A stretch of 64,000 bases of DNA from Thermoplasmata archaeon (lineage in GTDB: Archaea; Thermoplasmatota; Thermoplasmata; Lutacidiplasmatales; UBA184). Shown in pieces: positions 37,553-47,759 of this stretch. Each line of letters starts with the position of its first letter. The first letter of the stretch is position 1. The stretch spans positions 30,695 to 94,694 of the forward strand of contig JAKIVU010000001.1 in NCBI GenBank assembly GCA_022750375.1. The letters run 5' to 3'. Position numbers and translations under genes: made by a program. The notes under the pieces are model-generated. The model searched no databases. It saw nothing but the letters and a program-made list of their open reading frames with translations, and was not told the origin of the DNA.

Positions 37553-38770
37553 ATGGACCTCACTCTGCGGGACACGCTGTCCGGCACCCGCCGTGCGGTT
37601 CGGCGGCGACCGGGCCGTCCGCTCGCGCTCTACGTGTGCGGTCCGACCGTCTACGATGTCGCCCACGTGGGGCACGCCCGTACCTATCTGTTCTTTGACG
37701 TCGTACGCCGGCAACTCGAGACGGAGGGCGTTCCGGTGCAGCACGTGATGAACCTCACCGACTTCGAGGACAAGCTCGAAGCCCGCGCGACAAGCCTCGG
37801 CCTCACGTGGCGAGCCCTCGCCCGGCGCGAGGAGCGGGGGTTCTTCCGCGACCTCCGTGCCCTCAACGTCCTCCCTCCGCACTTCCGGCCGCGCGCGTCC
37901 GACTTCGTGCCCCAGATGATCCGCGTGGTCCGCCGCCTGGAACGCACGGGACGCGTGCACCGCGTAGGGGACGAGTGGATCTACACGCCCCCGCTCCGCC
38001 CCGCCGGCGAGAACTTCCCGACCGACCGCCAGCTCGCGACCCACGCCGTCACGGAACCGGGTCACCCGTTCCCCGAGAGCCGCGGACGGGCGGGGGAGTT
38101 CATGGTCTGGAAGCTGCAAGACGCCCCCAAGCCGTCGTGGCCGAGTCCGTGGGGACCCGGGGTCCCCGGCTGGCACCTCGAATGCTACGCGATGGCCCAG
38201 GAGATCCTCGGCATCCCGGTCGACCTTCACGGCGGTGCGCCCGACCTCATCTACCCCCACCACTACGCCGAGAACGAGGTCGCGCTCGAATTTGAGAAGA
38301 CGCCGTTCTCGAGGGTGTTCCTCCACACCGCCTTCGTGCTGGTTGGCGGGGCGAAGATGGCGAAATCCACCGGGAATCTCATTCCGCTTCGCACCGCGCT
38401 CGAAGACGTGGGTGCGAGCCCGTTGCGCTGGTATCTCCTCTCCACCTCGCACACGCAACGGCTCGCGTGGGATTCGGCCGCCCTGCACCGGGCCGCGAAA
38501 GAGTACGCCGGTGTTCGGTCCGCCGTGCGGTCGTGGCTCGCTCCCCGCTCGTCGGGTCGGGCGACCGCGGTGTCGGCCGTGCGGCTCGAGGAAAGGGTCC
38601 GACGCGACCTCGCGAATGGCCTCGCGACCGACCGTGCGTTCGCTCGCATCCGGACGTGGGCGCTCCGGACCACGGCGCGGCGCTCTGGGGGCCTCGCCCC
38701 ACGGGAACGCGCCACGGCCCGCCGTGCGTTCCGAACCATCGAGGCTCGGACCGGGCTGTCGCTGCTCTAG
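37553..38770 (+). CDS. Cysteinyl-tRNA synthetase-like protein lacking the C-terminal anticodon-binding domain (MshC-like architecture)
   Basis: YVCGPTVY, HVGH, PGWHLEC, PHH, KMAKS; ends right after the helical bundle. Confidence 0.8.
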   Translation: MDLTLRDTLSGTRRAVRRRPGRPLALYVCGPTVYDVAHVGHARTYLFFDVVRRQLETEGVPVQHVMNLTDFEDKLEARATSLGLTWRALARREERGFFRDLRALNVLPPHFRPRASDFVPQMIRVVRRLERTGRVHRVGDEWIYTPPLRPAGENFPTDRQLATHAVTEPGHPFPESRGRAGEFMVWKLQDAPKPSWPSPWGPGVPGWHLECYAMAQEILGIPVDLHGGAPDLIYPHHYAENEVALEFEKTPFSRVFLHTAFVLVGGAKMAKSTGNLIPLRTALEDVGASPLRWYLLSTSHTQRLAWDSAALHRAAKEYAGVRSAVRSWLAPRSSGRATAVSAVRLEERVRRDLANGLATDRAFARIRTWALRTTARRSGGLAPRERATARRAFRTIEARTGLSLL

Positions 38771-39972
38771 AGACCCGAGCGGTCGACCACCAGGCTGAGC
38801 CCGTTCCCGCCGCCCATACATAGGGTAGCGAGCCCGAGGGACCCGCGCGAGCGGATCAGTTCGTGGACGAGGGTGACCACGATGCGCGCCCCGCTGGCAC
38901 CGATCGGGTGCCCCAGCGCCACCGCGCCACCGTGGACGTTGAACTGTTCTTCCGAGAACCCGAACTCCCGCTGGACCGCGATCGACGCCGACGCATAGGC
39001 CTCGTTGTGCTCGACCCGGTCGAAGTCGGCGGGGCGCAGGCCCGTCTGTGCGAGGTGCTTCTTCACGGTCGGGATCGGCGACTCCATGACGTCCCTCGGG
39101 TGCACGCCACTCTCGGCGGCGGAGTGGATCCAGGCGATCGGTCGGGCTCCCCGTTCGCGGACCTCCCGCGCGCTCGCGAGCACGAGGGCCGCGGCCCCAT
39201 CCGAGAGTTTCGAGGAGTTCCCTGCCGTGAGGATTCCGCCCGGCGCGAACGCCGGCTTCAGTCGACCGAGCCCCTCGAGGGTCGTGTCGGCCCGGGGAGC
39301 TTCGTCGTGATCCAGCCCGTTCCCGCCGGGAGTCACTGTCGAAGGGACGGCGACCAATTCGGGCGCGAACGTCCCGGCGGCGACCGCTTGGGAGGCCCGT
39401 AGATGGCTCCGCAACCCGAAGGCGTCCACGTCGTGCCGGGTCAACCCCAGCTTTTTCGCGATCCGCTCTCCGGTGAGTCCCATGAGCTCGTGCTCGTCGT
39501 ACGCGTCGATCAACGCGTCCCGCTGCATCTCGTCGTCCAAGAGGTGAGGGCCGGGGGGAGTTCCCCACCGCATCGAACCATCCACGAGGTAGGGGGCCCT
39601 CGACATGCTCTCCATCGCGCCGACCACGACCCGGTCGAAGTCCCCGGCACGGATCGCCGTGAACCCCCACTGAATCGCTTTCATCCCCGAGCCGCAGACC
39701 ATGTTGACGGTCGCAGCTCCGACGGAATCCGGTACTCCCGCCCCTCGCAGCACCTGGCGGGCGGGGTTCTGCCCCGCGCCGGCCTGGAGCGCCTGTCCGA
39801 ACAGCACTTCCTCGACGTCGGCGGGAGTCCAACCGGCGCGGTCGATCGCGGCGCGTGCCGCGAGGGTGCCGAGGGCGGTCGCGGGGACCGAACGCAACGC
39901 CCCGCCGAACCGCCCGATCGGTGTCCGAGCGGCGGAGAGTATCGCGACGGAATGAGGGGGAGGGGACGGCAT
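38767..39972 (-). CDS. Acetyl-CoA C-acyltransferase (thiolase)
   Basis: NMVCGSG, NEAYA, GHPIGASG, LCMGGG. Confidence 0.94.
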   Translation of the reverse strand: MPSPPPHSVAILSAARTPIGRFGGALRSVPATALGTLAARAAIDRAGWTPADVEEVLFGQALQAGAGQNPARQVLRGAGVPDSVGAATVNMVCGSGMKAIQWGFTAIRAGDFDRVVVGAMESMSRAPYLVDGSMRWGTPPGPHLLDDEMQRDALIDAYDEHELMGLTGERIAKKLGLTRHDVDAFGLRSHLRASQAVAAGTFAPELVAVPSTVTPGGNGLDHDEAPRADTTLEGLGRLKPAFAPGGILTAGNSSKLSDGAAALVLASAREVRERGARPIAWIHSAAESGVHPRDVMESPIPTVKKHLAQTGLRPADFDRVEHNEAYASASIAVQREFGFSEEQFNVHGGAVALGHPIGASGARIVVTLVHELIRSRGSLGLATLCMGGGNGLSLVVDRSGL

Positions 39973-40031
39973 GCGCGGCCGACCTGTGTCCGGATTAAGA
40001 AGGTAGTGGCGGCGATTCGGTGCAGGGCGGT

Positions 40032-40763
40032 TCAGTCCTCTTCGACCCGGGGCGCGAGGAGGTAGCGGCCCTCGCCTCGACCGGCGCTCATCGCGAACTC
40101 GACCTTCAGTGGGTACTCGTTGCCGACGTGGAGGGTCGTGTCCTCGGCCGAGATCGACTTCACCATCGCGGAGAAGAAATCGAGCGGGTACATGCTCTTC
40201 ACTGGCTCCTTCACCTCGAGCTTTGTCAGGTTCTCCTTCGCGATCCGGAGGTCGAGCTGGTCGGTCTCTCCTTCCGAGTGCATCGTGAAGGCCGTCGGGT
40301 CGAGGGTAAGGGTGACGTGGTCCGTGAAGCTCTCGCTCCCCCGAATCCCCTGGCGGAGGTCCTCCGTCTTGACGGTGACGCTCGCGGGCGGGCTCACGTT
40401 CGGCACCTTGGGGTCGGTGATCCCCGCGGGGTCGACGACCGCCATCTGCCGGGTGACGCGGCCGAGCGAAGCGATCAGCCGGTTCTTGCCGTCAAACTGG
40501 AAATCGATGATGTCGCCCGGCTTCGAAAGTCGGAGCACTTCCTTGAGCTTCTCGACGTCCACGCCGAGCTCGGTCGGCTCGCCGGTGAACTCCTCGAAGA
40601 CCGCCTTGTGCAACTTGAGGACCAGCATCGCAACGTGCGACGGGTCGACCGCCTTCGCCTCGAGGCCGTCCTTGGAGATGGTGAGCTTGACCTCGCTCAC
40701 GAGGGTCGAGACGACCTCGACGACCTCCCGGAGGTTCTCCATCTTCATTCGGAGCTTGAACAT
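40032..40763 (-). CDS. pcn: DNA sliding clamp PCNA
   Basis: AVDPSHVAM, YPL, YLLAPRVE. Confidence 0.94.
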   Translation of the reverse strand: MFKLRMKMENLREVVEVVSTLVSEVKLTISKDGLEAKAVDPSHVAMLVLKLHKAVFEEFTGEPTELGVDVEKLKEVLRLSKPGDIIDFQFDGKNRLIASLGRVTRQMAVVDPAGITDPKVPNVSPPASVTVKTEDLRQGIRGSESFTDHVTLTLDPTAFTMHSEGETDQLDLRIAKENLTKLEVKEPVKSMYPLDFFSAMVKSISAEDTTLHVGNEYPLKVEFAMSAGRGEGRYLLAPRVEED

Positions 40764-40863
40764 CGGACGCCTCGGGGCGGACCACACCGGCCCCCTCTAA
40801 AAAGCCTTCCTGCTTCCACGGTGGGAGCAAGCGGTTTCTCTACCGGAAGTTCCGTTCCTCACC

Positions 40864-41622
40864 GTGACCGAGCTCGCGTACTTGCCGGACCTGCCGTCGG
40901 CATACATTCGCACGTTTCGCGCCCGGGTGACCGCCCTTCCGCCAGGCGCGGTCGTGCTCGACCGCACGTACTTTTACCCGACGGGTGGCGGGCAGCCGTC
41001 CGACCGGGGTGTCCTGAGGGTCGACGGGGGGACCACGCTCGAGGTGGTCGACGTCGTCAAGTCCGGCCCCGGAGTCTTCCACCGGTTTCGCAGTGGTCCG
41101 ACGGCCCCCCAGGCCCTACAGGTGGGCGAAGAGGTGGAAGGTTCGATCGACTGGGACCGGCGACACCGTCACATGCGCCTCCACACCGCTCAGCACTTCG
41201 TGAGCGCCCGTATCTTCGCCCGGACGGGTCTCAGAACGCGCCGGGCGAACCTCGCCGGGGCGGGCGCAACGGTCGACCTCGAAGGACCGTTGCCCTCGGG
41301 GGCACTCGAACCCGTCGCGGAAGACCTACGTCAGGCGGTCGCGGTGCCGCGCGCGGTGACGGTGCGAGCAGTACCTCGCGCCGAATGGGACGCGAACCCC
41401 GCCGCGGGTCGGTCGGGGCTCGTTCCGCTTCCGACGCAGGTAGACCCCGTTCGAGTCGTCGAGATCGACGCGTCCGACGTCTGCCCGTGCGGAGGGACCC
41501 ACGTTCGCTCCACGGCGGAGATCGGCGAGGTTCGATGGCTGCCGATCGTCCCGTTGTCGGGCGGCGCGTCGCGAGTCGCGTTTACGCTGGTCGTGGCCGA
41601 TCTTTCCATTCCGCTCGAGTGA
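40864..41622 (+). CDS. alaX: Alanyl-tRNA editing protein AlaX-M
   Basis: FYPTGGGQPSD, MRLHTAQH, CGGTHV. Confidence 0.92.
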   Translation: MTELAYLPDLPSAYIRTFRARVTALPPGAVVLDRTYFYPTGGGQPSDRGVLRVDGGTTLEVVDVVKSGPGVFHRFRSGPTAPQALQVGEEVEGSIDWDRRHRHMRLHTAQHFVSARIFARTGLRTRRANLAGAGATVDLEGPLPSGALEPVAEDLRQAVAVPRAVTVRAVPRAEWDANPAAGRSGLVPLPTQVDPVRVVEIDASDVCPCGGTHVRSTAEIGEVRWLPIVPLSGGASRVAFTLVVADLSIPLE

Positions 41623-42133
41623 CCCCGTAGAAGTACACGTCGTGCCATCGCCCGTGGTGAAAGAGCGCCGAGCGGAGCGTCCCTTCCCGGCGGAATCCGA
41701 GGCCCTCGACCAGTCGGTACGACGCCGCGTTCTCCACGTCGCACGTGGCGCCGACGCGTTCGACCGCGGTCGTCGCGTAGAGGTGGTCGATGAGGAGCCG
41801 AACGGCCTCGCGGCCGTATCCTTTGCCGCGCGCCGCACGGTCCCCCATCACGTACCAGACGTCCACGAACTCGAGCACCGGGTGGGGGACGTAGTGACCG
41901 ACAAACCCGACCGGCCCCGGCGTCTCCCGTCGCTCCACGACGTACCGGGGCGCGAGCGAGGTAACGTCCGAAGGTGCGGACTCCACGCTGCTCACGAAAC
42001 TCTCCATCGCGTCGACCGAGAACCGGTCGAACGGTGCGACGACCTCGGGGTCGTTGTACCAGTCGAAGATCGCCGCGTAGTCGGAGGGGACCAATGGACG
42101 CAGCCGGACGGACGATCCCTCGAGATCGGTCAT
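41582..42133 (-). CDS. RimJ/RimL-type GNAT acetyltransferase
   Basis: RGKGYG, NAAS...GFRREGTLR; start ATG 42133. Confidence 0.88.
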   Translation of the reverse strand: MTDLEGSSVRLRPLVPSDYAAIFDWYNDPEVVAPFDRFSVDAMESFVSSVESAPSDVTSLAPRYVVERRETPGPVGFVGHYVPHPVLEFVDVWYVMGDRAARGKGYGREAVRLLIDHLYATTAVERVGATCDVENAASYRLVEGLGFRREGTLRSALFHHGRWHDVYFYGVTRAEWKDRPRPA

Positions 42134-42141
42134 CGCCGTGG

Positions 42142-42519
42142 CTAACTGCCCTGGCCCCGCTCCCGCCGACCTGCCCGGGGGGGAGGAGACGGGATCTCTT
42201 CCGGTTCCGAGGCGGTCGCGACGCGCTCGTCCTCGCGGAGGTGCTCGAGCGCCTTGCGGTGACCGCTCGGGGTCAGGGAGAAGACATGCTTCGGCTCGGA
42301 GTACCCGACGACGTACTGCGTGCGGCGGAACACCATCCGCGACATCTCGAGGGACCGCAGCGCATTCTTCAATGCGCCCGGGTCCTCGTTCGAGAACTTC
42401 CGTGCGATGCCGAACTCGGTCGTCCACTGGTCGGCCTCGAACCGGATCTGCTGACCGCGGTGTTCGAGGAGGTGGAGGAGAAGCGAGCGCTCGAGACGCT
42501 CCATATCACCTACCGGCAT
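42142..42519 (-). CDS. Winged-helix hypothetical protein
   Basis: ALRSLEMSRMVFRR...VFSLTPSG wing signature; GGAGG RBS. Confidence 0.6.
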   Translation of the reverse strand: MPVGDMERLERSLLLHLLEHRGQQIRFEADQWTTEFGIARKFSNEDPGALKNALRSLEMSRMVFRRTQYVVGYSEPKHVFSLTPSGHRKALEHLREDERVATASEPEEIPSPPPRAGRRERGQGS

Positions 42520-42536
42520 TTCCCTCCGGCCGATCC

Positions 42537-42761
42537 TTAGGAAATCGTCGTGATCTCGTAGTTGACGTCCAGGCCCTTGAGGCGGCCATGCATCTCCGCC
42601 ACCAGGCGTATGACGTTCTCGAGCGCGGCCTTCTCTTTCCACTTGTAAACGAAGTCGTGCATTCCCATCGACTCCTCGAACCCGAGCTGCCGCATGACCT
42701 CCATCACTTTCAGAGGATCCGCGCCTTCGGAGTGAAAGGTCATCCGGACGTAGGTACGCAT
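42537..42761 (-). CDS. Small conserved hypothetical protein (ferredoxin-like fold)
   Basis: Host-like codon usage; FHSEG..P...LGF...G.HDFVY.W pattern. Confidence 0.7.
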   Translation of the reverse strand: MRTYVRMTFHSEGADPLKVMEVMRQLGFEESMGMHDFVYKWKEKAALENVIRLVAEMHGRLKGLDVNYEITTIS

Positions 42762-42859
42762 AGCATCGTTCGCCGGGGTCGGTCCCCCGGGCAGTTCGGC
42801 CGTCGTGTTTAGGCGGCCGTCCGTTTATATATGCTTCCACGAGCTTCGAGAGAGTCAAG

Positions 42860-43825
42860 ATGGCAGAGGGCCAGCGGTCCGGTCCTGTCGTGGTCACCGG
42901 CGGCGCGGGCGCGATCGGGTCGGTCGTGGTTCGGAAGCAGTTGGACCGAGGTCGCGAGGTGCGCGTGGTCGACAACCTTTCCGTGGGCCGAGCGGAGCAT
43001 CTTCCCCCTCCGGGGACCGGCAAGTTCGCCCTCACCGTTGCGGATGTAAAGCAACCCGAACTGTATTCCGCGGCGTTCGACGAGGCGACGGAGGTCTGGC
43101 ACCTCTCCGCGAACTCGGACATTCGGAAAGGCACGAAAAGCGCCCGGCTCGACCTCGAGGAGGGGATACTCGCGACATTCAATGTGCTCGAAGAGGCGCG
43201 ACGCCACGACGTCGGCCGCGCTGTCTTCGCCTCCTCCAGCGTCGTTTACGGCTACCCCACGGTCTTCCCGACCCCCGAATCGTACGGTCCTCTCCTGCCG
43301 GAATCGCTCTACGGCTCCGCGAAGCTCGCCGGAGAGGCGCTCTTCTCGGCGTACGCACACACCTACGGCCTTCGGGCCTACCTGTTCCGGTTCGCGAATA
43401 TCATTGGGCCGCACATGACCCACGGAGTGCTCTACGACTTTTTCGAGAAATTGCGCTCCGACCCGCGACGCCTCGAGGTGCTGGGGGACGGACGGCAAGC
43501 GAAGAGCTACCTCCGAGCCGAGGACTGCGTTGACGGGATGCTCCTCGCGACGGACGTAACGGACCAACCCGTCAATCTCTACAATCTCGGCACGGATGAC
43601 CGGATCTCGGTGAAGGAAATCGCGGAAAAGGTCGTGGCAGCCCACGGGGGTACTGCTCACATCGACTACACGGGCGGGGCCCGGGGCTGGGTGGGAGACG
43701 TGCCCCAACAGTTGCTCGCCATCGACCGGATCCAGCAGCTGGGTTGGCGGCCCCGGCTGTCGAGCGCGGCGGCGGTCGACCAGACGATCGCCGAGCTCCT
43801 GGCGGAGAGGAGTCGGTCGGGCTAG
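42860..43825 (+). CDS. NAD-dependent epimerase/dehydratase (UDP-glucose 4-epimerase-like)
   Basis: TGGAGAIGS, SSSVVYG, YGSAK. Confidence 0.92.
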   Translation: MAEGQRSGPVVVTGGAGAIGSVVVRKQLDRGREVRVVDNLSVGRAEHLPPPGTGKFALTVADVKQPELYSAAFDEATEVWHLSANSDIRKGTKSARLDLEEGILATFNVLEEARRHDVGRAVFASSSVVYGYPTVFPTPESYGPLLPESLYGSAKLAGEALFSAYAHTYGLRAYLFRFANIIGPHMTHGVLYDFFEKLRSDPRRLEVLGDGRQAKSYLRAEDCVDGMLLATDVTDQPVNLYNLGTDDRISVKEIAEKVVAAHGGTAHIDYTGGARGWVGDVPQQLLAIDRIQQLGWRPRLSSAAAVDQTIAELLAERSRSG

Positions 43826-44865
43826 GCGCGCCGCGGAGAGCTTTCCGCTACCGAGCGATAAAGTTCGACGTACTGTTCGACGACCCGGGGCCAAGAGTAG
43901 CGCGCTTGGGCGGTGGCGCGCGCGGCGTCGCCCATCTGCCGCCGTACGGTCGGGTTCTCCGCGAGCTCCGATGCGCGCTGCCGCATGCCGGCGACAAAAC
44001 CCCGGACGTCCCCGTCGGGCACGGCCCACCCGGTGCGGCCGTCGTCTACGACCCCGGCGAGGGCGGAACCCCCGATCACGGGCAGCCCGGACGAGAGGCC
44101 CTGGACGACCGTGCCGGAAAGAAGCTCCACCCGACTCGGGTGGACGAGCACGTCGCTTCGGGCGTATCGAGCGGCCAGGTCGTCGTCGGAAACCTCCCCC
44201 ACCAACTCGATGCTGTCACCGCCTACCGCGCGTATCCGTGCTGCGTAGGCCGGGTCCGGTGTCGGACCCACGAGCACCAGCCGATAGCCCGTGGACCGCA
44301 GCGACTCCGCGGCAAGCTCCCAGCGCTTGACCGGCGCGACCACCCCGACGCCGAGCGCAGTGTGACCGTTCCGCTGGTCCCACTCGGGCCGAAAACGATT
44401 CCCGTCGACCCCGAACGGAATCACCGAGATCGGCCGACGGGTGGGGCCCACGGCGGCCGCCATCGTTAGGGCGAGAGACTCGGTGAGGGCGACCGCGGCG
44501 GCCGCGTGCCGGACCGCGCGACGCTCGAGCCAGTATCCCCACCGGTGCGAGAGGCGGTCGCGGTAGTACCAGTGCCGGGAATGGGTGGTGTAGACGTACG
44601 GAACCCTGGCCCAGGCCAGTCGATTGCCCACCACGGGGGAATTCGCGTGCACCACATCGAACTTCTCCTGACGGAGCAGACGGGGAAGTTCCCAGGCGAA
44701 CGGATACTCGTCCCGCAGTCGTCGATGTCGCACACGATTGATCACGGTGACCTCGTGACCCGCGGTCCGCAGGGCGGCTTGGAGCTCCGCGATGAACCGT
44801 TCGGTCCCTCCGTAGCCGGTGGGAGGGATCGGCTCGACGCCCCCTCCGACGAGGACAATGCGCAC
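43822..44865 (-). CDS. Glycosyltransferase family 4
   Basis: PPTGYGGTE, VHPSRVE, YSWPRV. Confidence 0.88.
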   Translation of the reverse strand: MRIVLVGGGVEPIPPTGYGGTERFIAELQAALRTAGHEVTVINRVRHRRLRDEYPFAWELPRLLRQEKFDVVHANSPVVGNRLAWARVPYVYTTHSRHWYYRDRLSHRWGYWLERRAVRHAAAAVALTESLALTMAAAVGPTRRPISVIPFGVDGNRFRPEWDQRNGHTALGVGVVAPVKRWELAAESLRSTGYRLVLVGPTPDPAYAARIRAVGGDSIELVGEVSDDDLAARYARSDVLVHPSRVELLSGTVVQGLSSGLPVIGGSALAGVVDDGRTGWAVPDGDVRGFVAGMRQRASELAENPTVRRQMGDAARATAQARYSWPRVVEQYVELYRSVAESSPRRA

Positions 44866-44958
44866 GGGTTCCCCACCACCCCCCGAGATTAAGGGCTACC
44901 GGCATTCTCTCGCGTCCGTCCACGACCGGCCTCGGCCGGTCTCGGTCGAGGGGAGTGC

Positions 44959-45783
44959 ATGGCGACGATCTGTGTCGAGGTGGCCGTGCTCGACGACCGC
45001 CGGCTCCTGGATGCGCTCGATTCGCTCGCAGCCCAGACGCGGCCCCCGGACCGGATCCTCATCGCGGCCTCGACCGCGACACCCGAAAGCCTCCTCGACG
45101 AGGCGCGGCGACGCCAGACCCGGATCCCGGTCGAGATCGCTCGGTTCGACGGCGGGGTGGTCAGCGCTCGCGCGGGATCCCTCCCGCTACTTCGCGAGGA
45201 GACGACCGTGTTTCTGGATTCGGACGAGCGCGCCCCGCCCGAGTGGCTCGCCGCGATCGTTGCGCCGGTCGAATCCGGTGCGGCGGCGTTCGCGGGCGGG
45301 CCCACGAGGCCGCTCCGGAGCCCGGTGAATTCGATCGAGCGGTACTACGCGCTGCTCGAGGAATCGATCTACGCCGACCTCGTCCCGCGGAGCATCTCGT
45401 ACATCCCCCTCCAGAACACGGCGTGGCGGACGTCGGTCCTCCGGTCCGTGGGGTTCGACCCTCGGATCTCGTTCGCAGAGGATCACGACCTCGAGTCCCG
45501 AGCCGCTCGCACCGGCGCGCACGGCGTCTTCGTTCCCGCCGCGTTCGTCTACCACGACAAGAGCGACGAGACGAGTCTGCTCCGTTGGGCTCGGAAGCGG
45601 TACCGCTACCTCGTCGCGATGGCGATGTCCTTGATGAAAAACGGGCACCTTCGGGATCGCCTCGAAGAGCGGCGTCGACCGGTGCGACATCCGCTCCGGT
45701 ACCTCGAGTCGGCGATGAAGCCGATCGCGCTCCTCCATGCGTCCATCCGCTGGCGACGTCTGCGAGGAGCAACGGACGGTTGA
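44959..45783 (+). CDS. Glycosyltransferase family 2
   Basis: FLDSDE (DxD), AEDHDL. Confidence 0.85.
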   Translation: MATICVEVAVLDDRRLLDALDSLAAQTRPPDRILIAASTATPESLLDEARRRQTRIPVEIARFDGGVVSARAGSLPLLREETTVFLDSDERAPPEWLAAIVAPVESGAAAFAGGPTRPLRSPVNSIERYYALLEESIYADLVPRSISYIPLQNTAWRTSVLRSVGFDPRISFAEDHDLESRAARTGAHGVFVPAAFVYHDKSDETSLLRWARKRYRYLVAMAMSLMKNGHLRDRLEERRRPVRHPLRYLESAMKPIALLHASIRWRRLRGATDG

Positions 45784-45871
45784 GATTCGAACGGGCCGGA
45801 GCCCCGGTCCTCGAGAGATACGGCGACCGCCCCGCGGAAAACCTTATCCCGCGGCCGGATTCGGCGGGGCC

Positions 45872-46807
45872 ATGTCGGCAGAAACCGCCCACCCGCACGG
45901 GGTCACCAAGTCGGGAGAGATCGTCCGACTGGACTACGACCTCTGGGCCGAGGGCGGAGGGCGGACCGAGCTCGTCGATACGACCCATCAGGAGGTCGCG
46001 CAAGAGGCGAAAGTCTCGGTTCCCGAGGGCCAAAAGTGGGGCGCCCGCCCCCATCTGGTCGGCGGGGAGTACTTCCCGGGCGGGATCGAGGCGTCGCTCG
46101 TCGGCGTCAAGGTCGGGGAGGAGCTCGAACGCGAATACGCTCCGGCCGATGCGTTCGGGGAGCGGGACCCGAAACTGATCGAACTGTTCTCCATGCACGA
46201 GATCTCCCGCCTGCCCGAGATGCGACGGGAGGACGCCCACCTGGACATCGGTACGGTCCTGACGATCGAGGGGCGGCGCGGTCGCGTCGTGACCCTGACC
46301 GCCGCGCGTGTGCGCGTTGACTTCAACCCGGCCTTCGCCGGCCGGAAAGTTCGAGGGAAGTTCAAAGTCGTCGACCGGATCACCGAGCCCGCCGAACAGG
46401 TGCGCGCCATCCTCGAGCTACAGTACGGTCGCGGGGCCGAGTTCCAGATAGAGGCGAATGAGAAATCCATCACGCTCCAGATCCCGGACCGCTCCAAGTT
46501 CGACATCCAGTGGATGGCGGCCAAGCCGCGCGTCGTCGACCGGCTACGATCCCAGCTCCACCCTCAGACGATCCGGATCGTCGAGGAGTACGTGACCCCC
46601 TCCGAGAAGAAGGACGACAGCTCCAAACCGAAAGTGGCGGACGAGGAGAAGTCGGGGGGCCACGAGAGCCATAAGGCTCATGCGGCGACCAAGGCCGAAG
46701 GGAAGGACGAGAAGGCGTTGGAGCCGGCCGGTCACGAGGGCCATGGCCACACCCCGTCGAAGTCCGACACCAAGAGCGCCACTCCCCCCGCCGAGAAGGA
46801 ACCCTGA
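45872..46807 (+). CDS. Long-type FKBP peptidyl-prolyl isomerase
   Basis: DTT, AFGERDP, VDFNPAFAG; His/Lys/Glu-rich tail. Confidence 0.88.
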   Translation: MSAETAHPHGVTKSGEIVRLDYDLWAEGGGRTELVDTTHQEVAQEAKVSVPEGQKWGARPHLVGGEYFPGGIEASLVGVKVGEELEREYAPADAFGERDPKLIELFSMHEISRLPEMRREDAHLDIGTVLTIEGRRGRVVTLTAARVRVDFNPAFAGRKVRGKFKVVDRITEPAEQVRAILELQYGRGAEFQIEANEKSITLQIPDRSKFDIQWMAAKPRVVDRLRSQLHPQTIRIVEEYVTPSEKKDDSSKPKVADEEKSGGHESHKAHAATKAEGKDEKALEPAGHEGHGHTPSKSDTKSATPPAEKEP

Positions 46808-46898
46808 AAAGGCCCGCCCTCCGAGGAGCCTGTCTCTCGGAACGGTTCCTACGGAACCAACGCGGAGGACTTGAACCACGCGGGATTCCGTCCGGGCG

Positions 46899-47024
46899 AT
46901 GACCGCCCCCGATACCCGGGTCTCCCCGACGTTCCTTGTCGTCACGTTCGGGGCGGCGATCGCGATCGGGGTGCTGATCGTCTACTTCGGAATCCACGGG
47001 CAGATCGGCGGACCGATCCCCTGA
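46899..47024 (+). CDS. Small single-TM protein (41 aa)
   Basis: Manual translation MTAPDTRVSPTFLVVTFGAAIAIGVLIVYFGIHGQIGGPIP; host-like codons. Confidence 0.55.
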   Translation: MTAPDTRVSPTFLVVTFGAAIAIGVLIVYFGIHGQIGGPIP

Positions 47025-47107
47025 CCGTCCCGGGACTCGTCCTACCCTAGGTCACTTAAACCGGCAGCGCGGTCGTGAGGGCCGTGAACGCAACTTCGGG
47101 CGCCCGC

Positions 47108-47215
47108 ATGGACAATGAGGGGGGCGGCACGAACGCGGGGTGGATCGCCGGCGTGATCGTGATCCTCGCCGTGCTCGCGATTGGCGGCGCGCTCTGGTTC
47201 ACGTTCCACCCGTAG
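47108..47215 (+). CDS. Small single-TM protein (35 aa)
   Basis: MDNEGGGTNAGWIAGVIVILAVLAIGGALWFTFHP; CTTAAA box upstream; in-frame GTG 47084 possible. Confidence 0.55.
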   Translation: MDNEGGGTNAGWIAGVIVILAVLAIGGALWFTFHP

Positions 47216-47753
47216 CCGGCGGTGCGCGGGGCCGTCGATAGAAGTAGACGTCGGTTTCGGGGTCGTACACCTCGGGGGTCCACCCCTCGATCTTGTGGCA
47301 GTGGCTCACGACGCGAGCCCCCGCGGGGAGCTCGGCCTCGAGCTTCGGTCGGAGGCGGGCCATCGCGCCGGGCCAGAGAAAAGCGGTGACGACCGTCGCC
47401 TCCCGAAAATCGAGGTCGAAGAGATTTCCCCAGCGGATCGTGATCCGGTCGGCGAACGGCCCGGACCGGCGACGAAGTCGTAGGATCGCGACCCGGATCG
47501 GCTCGACCTCCACTCCTACGACGCGCGCCCGGTAGATCCGGGCCGCCCGGAACACGATCGCCCCCGTGCCCGCGCCGAGGTCGTAGAGGGTGTCCTGGGG
47601 TCCGACCTCCGCGAGCCGGAGCATCGTGAGCACCGAGCTGCGAGGGGTCGGTTGATACCCCGCGCCGTAGGCGAACGAGGCGAAGACGAAGTACGCGATG
47701 ACCGCGATACCGACGAGGATCAATCCGAAGAGGAGCAGGGGGTCGAAGGCCAT
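47199..47753 (-). CDS. Membrane-anchored class I SAM methyltransferase
   Basis: N-terminal TM, YQPT, DLGAGTG, RVVSH. Confidence 0.85.
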   Translation of the reverse strand: MAFDPLLLFGLILVGIAVIAYFVFASFAYGAGYQPTPRSSVLTMLRLAEVGPQDTLYDLGAGTGAIVFRAARIYRARVVGVEVEPIRVAILRLRRRSGPFADRITIRWGNLFDLDFREATVVTAFLWPGAMARLRPKLEAELPAGARVVSHCHKIEGWTPEVYDPETDVYFYRRPRAPPATGGT

Positions 47754-47759
47754 GCGGTC

